A DNA stretch of 51,561 nt from Eubacteriales bacterium (lineage in GTDB: Bacteria; Bacillota; Clostridia; Oscillospirales; CAG-272), in the NCBI GenBank assembly GCA_045602205.1, contig JAZSBF010000026.1, forward strand, positions 1 through 51,561, in the 5' to 3' direction. A model generated the notes under the pieces. The model was given only the letters and a program-made list of their open reading frames with translations, had not been told where the DNA came from and made no database searches. The position numbers were made by a program, and so were the translations under genes. Shown here piece by piece: positions 9,548 to 18,122 of this stretch; the stretch's first letter is position 1, and the number at the start of each line of letters is the position of its first letter.

Positions 9548-10840
9548 ATGAACGCAAGACAAGTGGCTATGAGCGTATTGCTCAAAGGCGAAAGATCAAA
9601 TCAATATTCAAATATAGCCATAGACCACGCGCTTTGTGCGAGCGGTCTTTCAAGTGCCGACAAGGCGCTCGTATCCGCGATAGTTTACGGAGTCACTGAA
9701 AGACGGATAACGCTTGACTATTACATATCGGCGCTTTCGTCACGTCCCATTGATACGGTAGACACCGAGGCAATATGCGCTCTCAGAATGGGACTTTATC
9801 AGCTTATATATATGAACAAGATACCGCCGCACGCGGCTATAAACGAGACTGTATCTCTTTGCCGCAAAAGCTATTCGGGTTTTGTGAACGCCATTTTGCG
9901 TTCATACACACGGCTCGACTCTCCGATAGAGCTTCCCTCTCCATCGGAGTGTGCCGAAAAATATCTCTCGGTAGCCTATTCGGTATGTACCCCTCTTGCC
10001 AAAAAGCTGATATCTGTCTTTGGCTTTGAGCGTGCCGAGTCTTTTCTTGGGGCTTCCTTTGAAACGCCAAAGACCTCTCTGCGAGTAAATACTCTAAAGG
10101 TGACGAGAGACGAGCTTATGGCTCATATAAATGATTCTTCTGTCTCGGAAATATCTCCAAACGGACTTAAGATAGTCGGCTCGGTACGTGAACTTTGGGG
10201 TTTTGATGACGGACTCTTTTTCGTTCAGGATGAGGCTTCGCAGATATGCGTGGGAGCGGTTGGCGCTACTGAAGGAGACACCGTGATAGACGCTTGCTCG
10301 TGTCCCGGCTCTAAGAGCTTCGGTATGGCGATAGATATGAAAAACCGCGGCAAAATACTCTCCTTCGACCTTCACAAGAACAAGCTCTCGCTGATAAATT
10401 CGGGCGCGGAGAGACTTGGTATAGATATAATCGCGACAGACGCCCACGACGGAAAGATATTTATTCCCGAGCTTGAGGGTGCGGCTGACAGGGTGCTTTG
10501 CGACGTTCCCTGTTCGGGATTTGGAGTGATCGCAAAGAAGCCCGAGCTTCGCTATAAAGATCCCGCAGAGTCCTCGGCGCTTCCCGACGTTCAGTTCTCT
10601 ATCCTCTCAAACTGCTCCCGCTACGTCAAACGCGGCGGCACTCTCGTATATTCAACCTGCACGGTATTTCCCGAAGAAAATGAGGAAAACGTTGCAAGAT
10701 TTCTTGCCGAGCACGAGGATTTTGAGCTTCAAGGCTTTGATTTCGGCTCTGTGTCTTGCGCTTCGGGAATGCTCTCGCTTTACCCCGACATTCATCATAC
10801 CGACGGATTCTTCGTAGCAAGAATGAAACGAAAAAAATAA
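9548..10840 (+). CDS. rsmB: 16S rRNA (cytosine967-C5)-methyltransferase
   Basis: 430 aa. NusB-like N-terminus, 'FVQDEASQ', 'DACSCPGSKS', 'DVPCSGFGV', 'YSTCT'. Confidence 0.9.
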   Translation: MNARQVAMSVLLKGERSNQYSNIAIDHALCASGLSSADKALVSAIVYGVTERRITLDYYISALSSRPIDTVDTEAICALRMGLYQLIYMNKIPPHAAINETVSLCRKSYSGFVNAILRSYTRLDSPIELPSPSECAEKYLSVAYSVCTPLAKKLISVFGFERAESFLGASFETPKTSLRVNTLKVTRDELMAHINDSSVSEISPNGLKIVGSVRELWGFDDGLFFVQDEASQICVGAVGATEGDTVIDACSCPGSKSFGMAIDMKNRGKILSFDLHKNKLSLINSGAERLGIDIIATDAHDGKIFIPELEGAADRVLCDVPCSGFGVIAKKPELRYKDPAESSALPDVQFSILSNCSRYVKRGGTLVYSTCTVFPEENEENVARFLAEHEDFELQGFDFGSVSCASGMLSLYPDIHHTDGFFVARMKRKK

Positions 10841-10853
10841 GGATAAAATATAT

Positions 10854-11930
10854 ATGTCATCTACACAAACAACAAAACCCATCGACCTTCTCTCGCTCAC
10901 AAGAGACGAGCTTGAGTCGCTTATACTATCTCTCGGAGAGCCCCGTTACAGAGCGGAACAGCTATTCGTTCAGATGCACCGCGGCGTATCTCCCGACGAT
11001 ATGACGAATATCGGAAAGGCGCTCAAGGCAAAGCTTTCAGAGGTCGCTTATTACCACATACCTTCGATTGAGAAAAAGCTCGTGTCAAAGATAGACGGCA
11101 CGCTCAAGTATCTTTTCGGTCTTAGTGACGGAAACTGTATTGAGAGCGTGGTTATGAAATACAAGCACGGAAACACCATTTGCATATCCTCTCAGGTAGG
11201 CTGCCTTATGGGCTGCGCGTTTTGCGCCTCTACTATCGGCGGAAAGGTCAGAGACCTTTATCCCTCAGAGCTTCTCGGTCAGATAATAGCCGCCCAGAAC
11301 GATTGCGGAGAAAGAATATCCAACGTAGTTATGATGGGTATCGGCGAGCCTCTTGACAACTACGACAACGTTATAAAATTTTTGCGCCTTGTGGGAGACG
11401 AAAAGGGACTGAACATCGGATACCGCCATATATCGCTCTCTACCTGCGGACTCGTTGACAAAATAAGGTTGCTTGCGAAAGAGGATCTTCCGATAACGCT
11501 TTCGATATCTCTCCATGCGTCCGACGACATTACGCGCTCATCGATAATGCCGATAAATAAGAAATGGAACATAGACGCTCTGCTTAACGAGTGTAAAGCT
11601 TACTTTGCGAAAACGGGCAGACGCATCTCATTTGAATATACACTTATTGCGGGAAAGAACGATTCTCCCGCCGCGGCAGAGAAGCTGGCAAATCTGCTCA
11701 ATTCAAAGCTCCGAAGCAGAAACGAGACAATGCCGATACACGTAAACCTCATTCCCGTAAACGAAGTGTCGGAGACAGGATTTGAGCGTTCGGGTAAGGA
11801 AGCTGTCGATAAATTCGCCTCGATACTCAACAGACTTGGAATAAGAGCCACAGTTCGCAGAAAGCTTGGGGCAGACATAAACGCCTCCTGCGGTCAGCTC
11901 AGACGCGCGCACGAAAGCGAAAAGGAGTAA
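10854..11930 (+). CDS. rlmN: 23S rRNA/tRNA (adenine-C2)-methyltransferase, radical SAM
   Basis: 358 aa. 'YRAEQLF', radical SAM cluster 'GCLMGCAFCAS', 'GIGEPLDN'. Confidence 0.93.
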   Translation: MSSTQTTKPIDLLSLTRDELESLILSLGEPRYRAEQLFVQMHRGVSPDDMTNIGKALKAKLSEVAYYHIPSIEKKLVSKIDGTLKYLFGLSDGNCIESVVMKYKHGNTICISSQVGCLMGCAFCASTIGGKVRDLYPSELLGQIIAAQNDCGERISNVVMMGIGEPLDNYDNVIKFLRLVGDEKGLNIGYRHISLSTCGLVDKIRLLAKEDLPITLSISLHASDDITRSSIMPINKKWNIDALLNECKAYFAKTGRRISFEYTLIAGKNDSPAAAEKLANLLNSKLRSRNETMPIHVNLIPVNEVSETGFERSGKEAVDKFASILNRLGIRATVRRKLGADINASCGQLRRAHESEKE

Positions 11931-11980
11931 TTTCTGTACATATTTTTATAAGGAGCTTCTTCACACAGAAGAAATAAAAA

Positions 11981-13225
11981 TTGAAGTACAGAATAAATTC
12001 TTCAAGACGAGCGCCCTCTGAGTTTTGGCGCTCCATGCATTTAAAACGAAACAAAACACAGCTTTTGCCATGCCCTCCCCCTCACCTACCCATAGGCATC
12101 GCCGAGCTTTTCTCGTTTGGAATTTTTTATGACCCATATTCATCATACTCTCCGCGATCGGCTCGTGTAAGAAGGAAACTTGCGCCGTCTTTATTTTCAA
12201 AGGCAATAGCTTTTGCCCGCGATTTTTCTCTCGCTATTCAGGCAAAAATACTCGCGCTGAGGTTAAAGAGAAGCTCGCGCCCATCCTTGTTGCCCGCAAT
12301 ATTCGGCTCGTTCTGCGGCGCTTTGGCGGTTGCTTTGCTCTCGCTTGGCTTTGTGATATATTCACTTTTTATAAAGGATTATTTCGGAGCTTACGAAAAC
12401 GTGACAGTTCCAAGCTTTGCCGGTATGCAATATTCGGCTGACAGCGAATCTTTCGACTCAACGTATTACACCGTTCATGTATCGTATAAGCATAGTAAAC
12501 AGCACCCCGAAGGATACGTAATATCTCAAACTCCCTCGGAGGGTGTTACAAGACGGGTATACAATAATGGCGAGCCGTGTGATATTTTTCTCGTTGTAAG
12601 CCTTGGCGAAAAGATATTCACGATGAACGACTATTCCTCACACGAGCTTCGGGACGCTATGCTGGAGCTTAAAAATCAAGCTGTAAAGGTCTCTGTAAAT
12701 CAAGTATATTCGTCTAATATAGAGCAAGGAAGGATAATTTCCACCTCTCCCGTGGCGGGAGAGAGCTTCTCTGAGGAAGACACCGTAATTCTCACAGTAA
12801 GTCTTGGCCCTGAAAAAATATACGTCACCGTTCCAAATATACACTCTCTCACCGAGGCTCGCGCCGAGGAGATCTTGCGCGCGGCGGGTCTTAGGGTGGG
12901 AAGCGTTTCCTATATACAATCCGAACGCCCTGCGGGCACAGTTATCTCTCAAAGCCATACCTTCGGTACTGCTGTTGAAAAAGATACCGAAATCTCCTTC
13001 GCTGTAAGCGCGGGAATAAAACACATCGAAAAAAAGATGCCCGATCTATACGGGCTTTCAATAGACGAGGCTCGGATCAAGCTTGCCGAATACGGACTCG
13101 TGCTCGGAAATATTTACGGCGTTGCCAACGGCGCGCCCAAGGGAACGGTCATCTCTCAGTCTGTCTTACCCGAAACACCTATAAGTTCGGGAATAAATTC
13201 AATAGATATATATGTAAGCTCTTAA
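11981..13225 (+). CDS. Membrane-anchored PASTA-repeat protein (PrkC-like extracellular module without a kinase domain). The start codon is uncertain.
   Basis: The ORF track starts at TTG 11981. The first ~100 codons have no recognisable homology. Then comes a TM helix 'LLPAIFGSFCGALAVALLSLGFVIYSLF' and four ~65-aa PASTA-like repeats (e.g. 'VTVPNIHSLTEARAEEILRAAGLRVGSVSY...GTVISQS'). In-frame TTG codons at 12287/12290 are possible true starts. Confidence 0.7.
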   Translation: MKYRINSSRRAPSEFWRSMHLKRNKTQLLPCPPPHLPIGIAELFSFGIFYDPYSSYSPRSARVRRKLAPSLFSKAIAFARDFSLAIQAKILALRLKRSSRPSLLPAIFGSFCGALAVALLSLGFVIYSLFIKDYFGAYENVTVPSFAGMQYSADSESFDSTYYTVHVSYKHSKQHPEGYVISQTPSEGVTRRVYNNGEPCDIFLVVSLGEKIFTMNDYSSHELRDAMLELKNQAVKVSVNQVYSSNIEQGRIISTSPVAGESFSEEDTVILTVSLGPEKIYVTVPNIHSLTEARAEEILRAAGLRVGSVSYIQSERPAGTVISQSHTFGTAVEKDTEISFAVSAGIKHIEKKMPDLYGLSIDEARIKLAEYGLVLGNIYGVANGAPKGTVISQSVLPETPISSGINSIDIYVSS

Positions 13226-13242
13226 AAAGAAACGGAGAAAAA

Positions 13243-14178
13243 ATGGAAAATACCGTAAAAGGAAAAATAATAAAGGGAGTCGGCGGACTTTATACCGTCA
13301 AGATATGTGATGCCGACTCTTCCCTTTGCGGCTCGCTTATTGCCTGTTCCGCAAAGGGGGCATTTAAGCACGCAAATATATCCCCGCTTGCGGGAGATGA
13401 CGTGACTCTGCTTGAGGACAAGTCCTGCGAGGGTCAGTTCGTCATATCCGAAATACTCGAGAGAAAGAATTCCCTTATCCGTCCGCCGCTGGCAAATCTG
13501 GATTACATATTTGTAACTATGGCGTCTGCCCACCCCACACCTATACTCACGACCGTCGATAAAATGATATCGATAGCCGAGTTCAATAAAATAGAGCCTG
13601 TTATCGTCGTCACAAAGAGCGATCTTGCACACGGCGAAGCAGAACGGATAGCCGATATTTACAGGCGCTCGGGATTTGAGGTCTTTGTTATAAGCTCCCT
13701 TTCGGGAGAAGGAATTGCCGAAATACAGCTTTTTATAAAAGAAAATCTCGTTGGAAAGATCTCTGCCTTCGCGGGAGCTTCGGGAATAGGAAAATCCACA
13801 CTTATGAACGCTCTTTTCCCAAATCTAAAGCTCTCGACCTCCGAGATAAGCAGAAAAATAGAGAGAGGAAAGCACACCACCCGTCAAGTTGAGCTCTTCC
13901 CTATCTCCGACAGCCTCGACGGCGGATATCTTGCCGACACCCCCGGATTCTCTATGCTCGACTTTGAGCGATTTGATTTCTTCGCCTGCGAGGATCTCCC
14001 ACTAACTATGCGCGAATTTCTCCCCTATATAGGCAAGTGCAGATACACTAAATGCTCGCACACAAAGGAAGAGGGCTGCGCCATCGTTGAGGCGGTAAGG
14101 CGCGGAGATATACCGAGATCAAGACACGAAAGCTTTCTTGAGATACACAACACACTTAAGGCAAAAAAGAAATGGTGA
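13243..14178 (+). CDS. rsgA: Ribosome small subunit-dependent GTPase A
   Basis: 311 aa. 'VVTKSDL', 'GASGIGKSTLMNAL', C-terminal zinc knuckle 'CRYTKCSHTKEEGCA'. Confidence 0.9.
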   Translation: MENTVKGKIIKGVGGLYTVKICDADSSLCGSLIACSAKGAFKHANISPLAGDDVTLLEDKSCEGQFVISEILERKNSLIRPPLANLDYIFVTMASAHPTPILTTVDKMISIAEFNKIEPVIVVTKSDLAHGEAERIADIYRRSGFEVFVISSLSGEGIAEIQLFIKENLVGKISAFAGASGIGKSTLMNALFPNLKLSTSEISRKIERGKHTTRQVELFPISDSLDGGYLADTPGFSMLDFERFDFFACEDLPLTMREFLPYIGKCRYTKCSHTKEEGCAIVEAVRRGDIPRSRHESFLEIHNTLKAKKKW

Positions 14179-14190
14179 GAATTTAAGACT

Positions 14191-14823
14191 ATGAAAGCAT
14201 TTATATATACAGGCGGAAAAATATATTCCGAAAACATAACCGAAAAGCCAAAAAAAGACGACCTAGTTATCGCCGCGGACTCCGGCTACAACAACGCGCT
14301 CCTTATGAGCGCAAGCGTTGACATCGCGCTTGGCGATTTTGATTCTCTTGCCGATCCTTCTGTTATCCCCGATAACGTAGAAAAAATAACAGTTCCCGCA
14401 GAGAAGGACCAGACTGACACACAGCTTGCCATCGATCTCGCAGTCTCACGCGGCGCTGACGACATCGTCATCATTGGCGGCCTTGACGGAAGACTTGACC
14501 ATACGATATCAAACCTCGCAATTCTCGAGGCGATGTACGACATATCGATACACTGTGTCATAACGAGCGGACAGAACCGCGCGCGTTACATACGCTCAAC
14601 AAGCACACTCATAGCAAAAAGCGGTTTTGACTATATCTCCTTGATAGTTGCTGACGAGACTGTAAAGGGAGTCAGCGTCGAGGGATGCAAATATCCGCTG
14701 AAAAACGCAAAACTCTCAAGGAAATTTCAGTACGCCGTCTCCAACGTGATAAGCGGTAACTGCGCCCTAATTTCTGTGAAAAAGGGCGGAATATTCATTA
14801 TAGAAAGTAAGGATATAAAATAA
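14191..14823 (+). CDS. thiN: Thiamine diphosphokinase
   Basis: 210 aa. 'GDFDS', 'EKDQTDTQLA', 'GGLDGRLDH'. Confidence 0.85.
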   Translation: MKAFIYTGGKIYSENITEKPKKDDLVIAADSGYNNALLMSASVDIALGDFDSLADPSVIPDNVEKITVPAEKDQTDTQLAIDLAVSRGADDIVIIGGLDGRLDHTISNLAILEAMYDISIHCVITSGQNRARYIRSTSTLIAKSGFDYISLIVADETVKGVSVEGCKYPLKNAKLSRKFQYAVSNVISGNCALISVKKGGIFIIESKDIK

Positions 14824-14843
14824 GGGGCTGAGCTCAGCCCCTT
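14822..14843. terminator. Bidirectional hairpin terminator between thiN and the convergent amidotransferase-like gene
   Basis: Perfect palindrome AAGGGGCTGAG/CTCAGCCCCTT with T-rich sequence on both sides. It overlaps both stop codons. Confidence 0.6.
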
Positions 14844-16017
14844 ATTTTACCAAAACTATCGGATAACTCCGTATCCACCGCTCAGATTGTATTATCATTC
14901 CGTATGAGCGTATTCTCCGTCTTATATCCTTCTCGCCCTTGACACTTTCAAGAATTTCTTCGCCAAATATACTGCTTATGTAGCTATCCCCCCCGCAGAT
15001 AAGCTCAGATGCACCGTCAAGCAAATATTTTTCAGCTCTGTATAAGACAGAGTTTTTTATTTTTTTCTCTTGTTCGACCGCCCTTGTCTCTATAAGTATC
15101 CCATTCATCATTCCAAGGCGGTCGGCTCTTTGCATGGCATATCCAAAATCTATCGACAGCGCGCTGTCTTCGATAACAGCCCTGTCAGTGCCCTTAATAG
15201 CCTTAAGTAAATTCAAATATCCGCACATAAATTCGTCAAATGCGGGATGGTCAAATGCCACCAAGGCTTCGTTCAAAACCGAGGTCAGCGACTCGCATTT
15301 TATAGTATTTTCAGCAGTTAGTATCTCTCCGCTTATTCTGGACTCCGAGATTTTCGACGGTAAATATTCCCCTACCTGCGTGCCAAGCCTTGAATGGATG
15401 GCAAATGCAGATTCGGGCAGCTCCTTTATTCCTCTATACAAGTCTGCCCCACCTATCATTCCAATCGGAGATGTGATAAGCTCACAAAGCGCGCCTCTGT
15501 CAATCTCGACGCCCTCTTTCAGATATTTAAGTATGCCTTTTATCTCCGACGCAAAAACAAGCACTCTTCCGTCGTTTATATAGTATAACGGCTTCGCGCC
15601 CAAGCCGTCCCGTGCCAAAAACACCTCCCGTTTTTCCTCGTCGTATATCGCAAAGGCAAATATTCCCTCAAAATATTCCACACATTTATATCCGTACGCT
15701 ATATACCCCTCGAGCACTGCCTCTGCCGCGGAAGTGAAGCCCAACAAATCTGAGGCACATGGGATATTAGCCATATTATAAAGCTCACCGTCAAATATCA
15801 CAGTATAGGTATGTCCCCCTCTCTCTACACTGTACGGCTGTCTCTCCTTGGCAGGCTCTGAGAGTATCATTCTATTATGGTGAAACCCCACTCCACGACT
15901 GATGTACGCGCCCGATTGCTCTTTGCCCCTAAGCACCATAGCCTTTCCCATATCCTTAAGGGTATTAAAATCGACAAAGCTTGACTCAAAATCAACTATT
16001 CCGCAAATTGAACTCAT
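14842..16017 (-). CDS. Class II (Ntn) glutamine amidotransferase domain protein, AsnB-N-terminal-like, without a recognisable synthetase domain
   Basis: 391 aa. 'MSSICGIV...', 'FDGELYN', 'GIFAFAIYDEEKREVFLARDGLGAKPLYY', 'FASEIKGI' match the asparagine synthase glutaminase domain. The C-terminal ~190 aa lacks the SGGxDS PP-loop. GGAGGA RBS 6 nt before the ATG. Confidence 0.6.
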   Translation of the reverse strand: MSSICGIVDFESSFVDFNTLKDMGKAMVLRGKEQSGAYISRGVGFHHNRMILSEPAKERQPYSVERGGHTYTVIFDGELYNMANIPCASDLLGFTSAAEAVLEGYIAYGYKCVEYFEGIFAFAIYDEEKREVFLARDGLGAKPLYYINDGRVLVFASEIKGILKYLKEGVEIDRGALCELITSPIGMIGGADLYRGIKELPESAFAIHSRLGTQVGEYLPSKISESRISGEILTAENTIKCESLTSVLNEALVAFDHPAFDEFMCGYLNLLKAIKGTDRAVIEDSALSIDFGYAMQRADRLGMMNGILIETRAVEQEKKIKNSVLYRAEKYLLDGASELICGGDSYISSIFGEEILESVKGEKDIRRRIRSYGMIIQSERWIRSYPIVLVK

Positions 16018-16128
16018 TTCATATCCTCCACTGATCTGCTACCATTATATGAAAGTTTATTCTCGGTTATTATAGTCATATGACGGGATCTTTGCATATA
16101 ATTTTAATACGTACTAAGGAGGTATGAT

Positions 16129-16287
16129 ATGTGTCACATAAGACTCAGAAAGCTGATAGGTATCTCTGCGGTCTGCTTTGGCGCGGGGATATTCCTCTCC
16201 TTTATTCTGCCCGGATATTTTCTCGCATTTATCGAAGCCGCCATACTTATCGCCGCAGGTATACTCCTACTTGGAAAACATAGCTGA
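16129..16287 (+). CDS. Small two-TM membrane protein (52 aa), below the ORF-track length cut-off
   Basis: TAAGGAGG RBS (16115-16122) lies 6 nt before ATG 16129. Translation: MCHIRLRKLIGISAVCFGAGIFLSFILPGYFLAFIEAAILIAAGILLLGKHS. Confidence 0.45.
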   Translation: MCHIRLRKLIGISAVCFGAGIFLSFILPGYFLAFIEAAILIAAGILLLGKHS

Positions 16288-16300
16288 AAGGATCACTCTT

Positions 16301-16387
16301 ATGAAGATCGTACTTTTTCACTCACCCGCCCTTCTTGCCCCTATACTAAGAAGGTTTTTCGGAATAAAAAAAGACAGAAAAAGATAA
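16301..16387 (+). CDS. spoVM: Stage V sporulation protein M-like 28-aa peptide
   Basis: MKIVLFHSPALLAPILRRFFGIKKDRKR aligns with B. subtilis SpoVM (MKFYTIKLPKFLGGIVRAMLGSFRKD), sharing MK, Pro9, Leu12, Ile15, Arg17, Gly21 and a basic tail. AAAGGA RBS 8 nt upstream. Its position next to thiN matches B. subtilis. Confidence 0.6.
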   Translation: MKIVLFHSPALLAPILRRFFGIKKDRKR

Positions 16388-16392
16388 AAAAT

Positions 16393-16429
16393 GGCTGAAA
16401 GAGTGTGTACAGGTCACTCTCTTTCAGCC
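16393..16429. terminator. Bidirectional terminator hairpin (spoVM / convergent GDPD-IMPase gene)
   Basis: 11-bp stem GGCTGAAAGAG/CTCTTTCAGCC, followed by GATTTTCATTT on the plus strand. Confidence 0.6.
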
Positions 16430-16454
16430 GATTTTCATTTATATCTGTTTCAAT

Positions 16455-17933
16455 TTATAACGCTTTTACCATTTTCAAAAGTATGTCGTAGGTTTTGGGA
16501 GTGCCAAAAACAACGGAACTCGAAGACGCAAAGCCAAGATCTTTACCATCAAAATCCGAGCTCTTTCCTCCCGCCTCGCTTACGATAAGCACACCCGCGG
16601 CATAGTCCCAAGGTGCAAGTATCGGCTCGCAATAGCCATCGAGCTCTCCGCAAGCTACCGCGCAAGCCTCAAGCGCCGCTGAGCCAACTCTTCTGATATC
16701 GGCAAAGTTTTTGAGCATCTCCTCAGTCATCACACCGATCTTATGCACCATATCCTTGTAATAAGGAGCAGAGCCGACAGAGACGATCGCCCTCTCAACT
16801 TCTCTGTACGAAACGTGTATCGGCCTGTGGTTACAATATGCTCCATTTCCCGATACCGCGTAATAATAGCTCTTGTAATAAGGGTCGTAGACAGCCCCAA
16901 AAACTACCTTTTTGTTTTTCAAAAGTCCCACAGAAATACATGAGCTTCGTCTGTCAAGCATAAAATTGGTAGTTCCGTCTATCGGGTCTATCACAAAGAT
17001 ATAACCGTCTCCAAGCGGATTTTCGCTCTCTCCCTCCTCCTCGGCAAGAAAAGCGCAATCTCCATTCATGAGCTCGCTGAACTCCGCCTCGAGATATTGC
17101 TGCACCTTAATGTCATACTCGGTAACAAAGTTTGCCGCTCCCGCTTTTTGATCAAAGCGTATCTTCTCTCGATCGGCACAAGACATTATTCTTCCCGCAT
17201 TACGAATTATCTCCTCAATAGAACCGTCGGGCAAAATACCGTTTTGCTTAAGATCTCCCTGTATGATTTCCCTTTGAGTGAGCGCAAAACGCGGCTTTCG
17301 CGTAGTTATATTGTCAACGCCAAGGCTCAAAAAACGCTTTATCTCCTCCCCATCGTCAACATTCCTCACCGAGATCTTAAGTCCGTTTGCGTGAATATAT
17401 CCTACCGTTTCATCGCTCAGCATCCCTCGGTCAATATCTATGTATTCGCAACCGAGCTCAATACAATGCGCTACGGCATCTCTTATACATTTTTCGTTAT
17501 CCCCGCAGCTCAAAGGGGTGTGCCACAGGTCTCCACCGAGGCGAGCTATATCACAAAATTTCTTATCACATTCACCCGTAAACAATATTCTGTGCGCCAT
17601 ACCGTAACGCTGTGCGGCGTCCATCACAAGCTTCTCAAGTCCCTCGGTCTTAAGGTCGCAATTTATAAATACGGAAGGATGCTCGAAGGCAAGTGAGAGC
17701 ATACTCTCAAATTTGAAGCACTTTGAAGGATCGTCGGGCAGATCGTGCGCAAGATATAACATTTCCCCATCATACCTTACGTCCGCCTCAATATATTCTG
17801 CCCCAGAAGCCAGTGCTGCAAGGACACTCTCTCGGCTGTTTGCACGAGTCCCCTCAGACCCCGAATGAGCCGTTATAAGCGTCATATTCGCAAATTTTAT
17901 CATATTGGGAGAATATCTTATAGTTTTTTTCAT
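16455..17933 (-). CDS. Fusion protein: divergent GDPD/PLC-like phosphodiesterase domain (N-terminal) plus inositol monophosphatase family domain (C-terminal)
   Basis: N-terminus 'ITAHSGSEG...AEYIEADVRYDGEMLYLAHD' resembles the GDPD TIM barrel. C-terminus 'FLAEEEG', 'VIDPIDGTTNF', 'WDYAAGVLIVSEAGG' are IMPase motifs. The start is chosen at ATG 17933 (AAGGGA RBS); 17939 and 17960 are alternatives. Confidence 0.75.
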   Translation of the reverse strand: MKKTIRYSPNMIKFANMTLITAHSGSEGTRANSRESVLAALASGAEYIEADVRYDGEMLYLAHDLPDDPSKCFKFESMLSLAFEHPSVFINCDLKTEGLEKLVMDAAQRYGMAHRILFTGECDKKFCDIARLGGDLWHTPLSCGDNEKCIRDAVAHCIELGCEYIDIDRGMLSDETVGYIHANGLKISVRNVDDGEEIKRFLSLGVDNITTRKPRFALTQREIIQGDLKQNGILPDGSIEEIIRNAGRIMSCADREKIRFDQKAGAANFVTEYDIKVQQYLEAEFSELMNGDCAFLAEEEGESENPLGDGYIFVIDPIDGTTNFMLDRRSSCISVGLLKNKKVVFGAVYDPYYKSYYYAVSGNGAYCNHRPIHVSYREVERAIVSVGSAPYYKDMVHKIGVMTEEMLKNFADIRRVGSAALEACAVACGELDGYCEPILAPWDYAAGVLIVSEAGGKSSDFDGKDLGFASSSSVVFGTPKTYDILLKMVKAL

Positions 17934-18037
17934 AGTCATTCCCTTTCTCAGATACGGCAAGGCTTGATATTTCGTTTTAAATTATACTACAACTTAAATA
18001 AAAATACAATATAGTTTAAAAAATACGTACAAAATTC

Positions 18038-18066
18038 TTTACATATTTTATTTTTTGTGATATACT
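18038..18066 (+). promoter_or_regulatory. Sigma-A promoter candidate for the fhs operon
   Basis: TTTACA (18038-43), 17 nt, TATACT (18061-66), with a TGn extended -10 (TG at 18058-59). Confidence 0.5.
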
Positions 18067-18122
18067 ATAATAGAATATACAATTTGCAAATATATCATAA
18101 AAAATACTTAAAGGGGACTGTT

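Noticed and set aside
11961-12206. 81-aa minus-strand ORF in the region upstream of the PASTA repeats.
   Set aside because: It has no RBS and no recognisable motif, and it overlaps the equally unsupported 5' extension of the PASTA ORF. The region is treated as probable non-coding or decayed sequence.
16074-16102. Sigma-E-type sporulation promoter (TCATATG ... CATATAAT) upstream of the small membrane ORF and spoVM.
   Set aside because: The spacing between the ATA and CATA elements is about 2 nt shorter than the consensus I remember, and the -10 also reads as a plain TATAAT. There is not enough support to annotate it.
17961-18122. ZTP/THF-type riboswitch expected upstream of fhs. Also SAM, TPP or other riboswitches upstream of the ECF-S gene (29991-30050).
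   Set aside because: The fhs leader is short, extremely AT-rich and lacks the GC-rich conserved cores. The ECF-S upstream region contains only a single hairpin.
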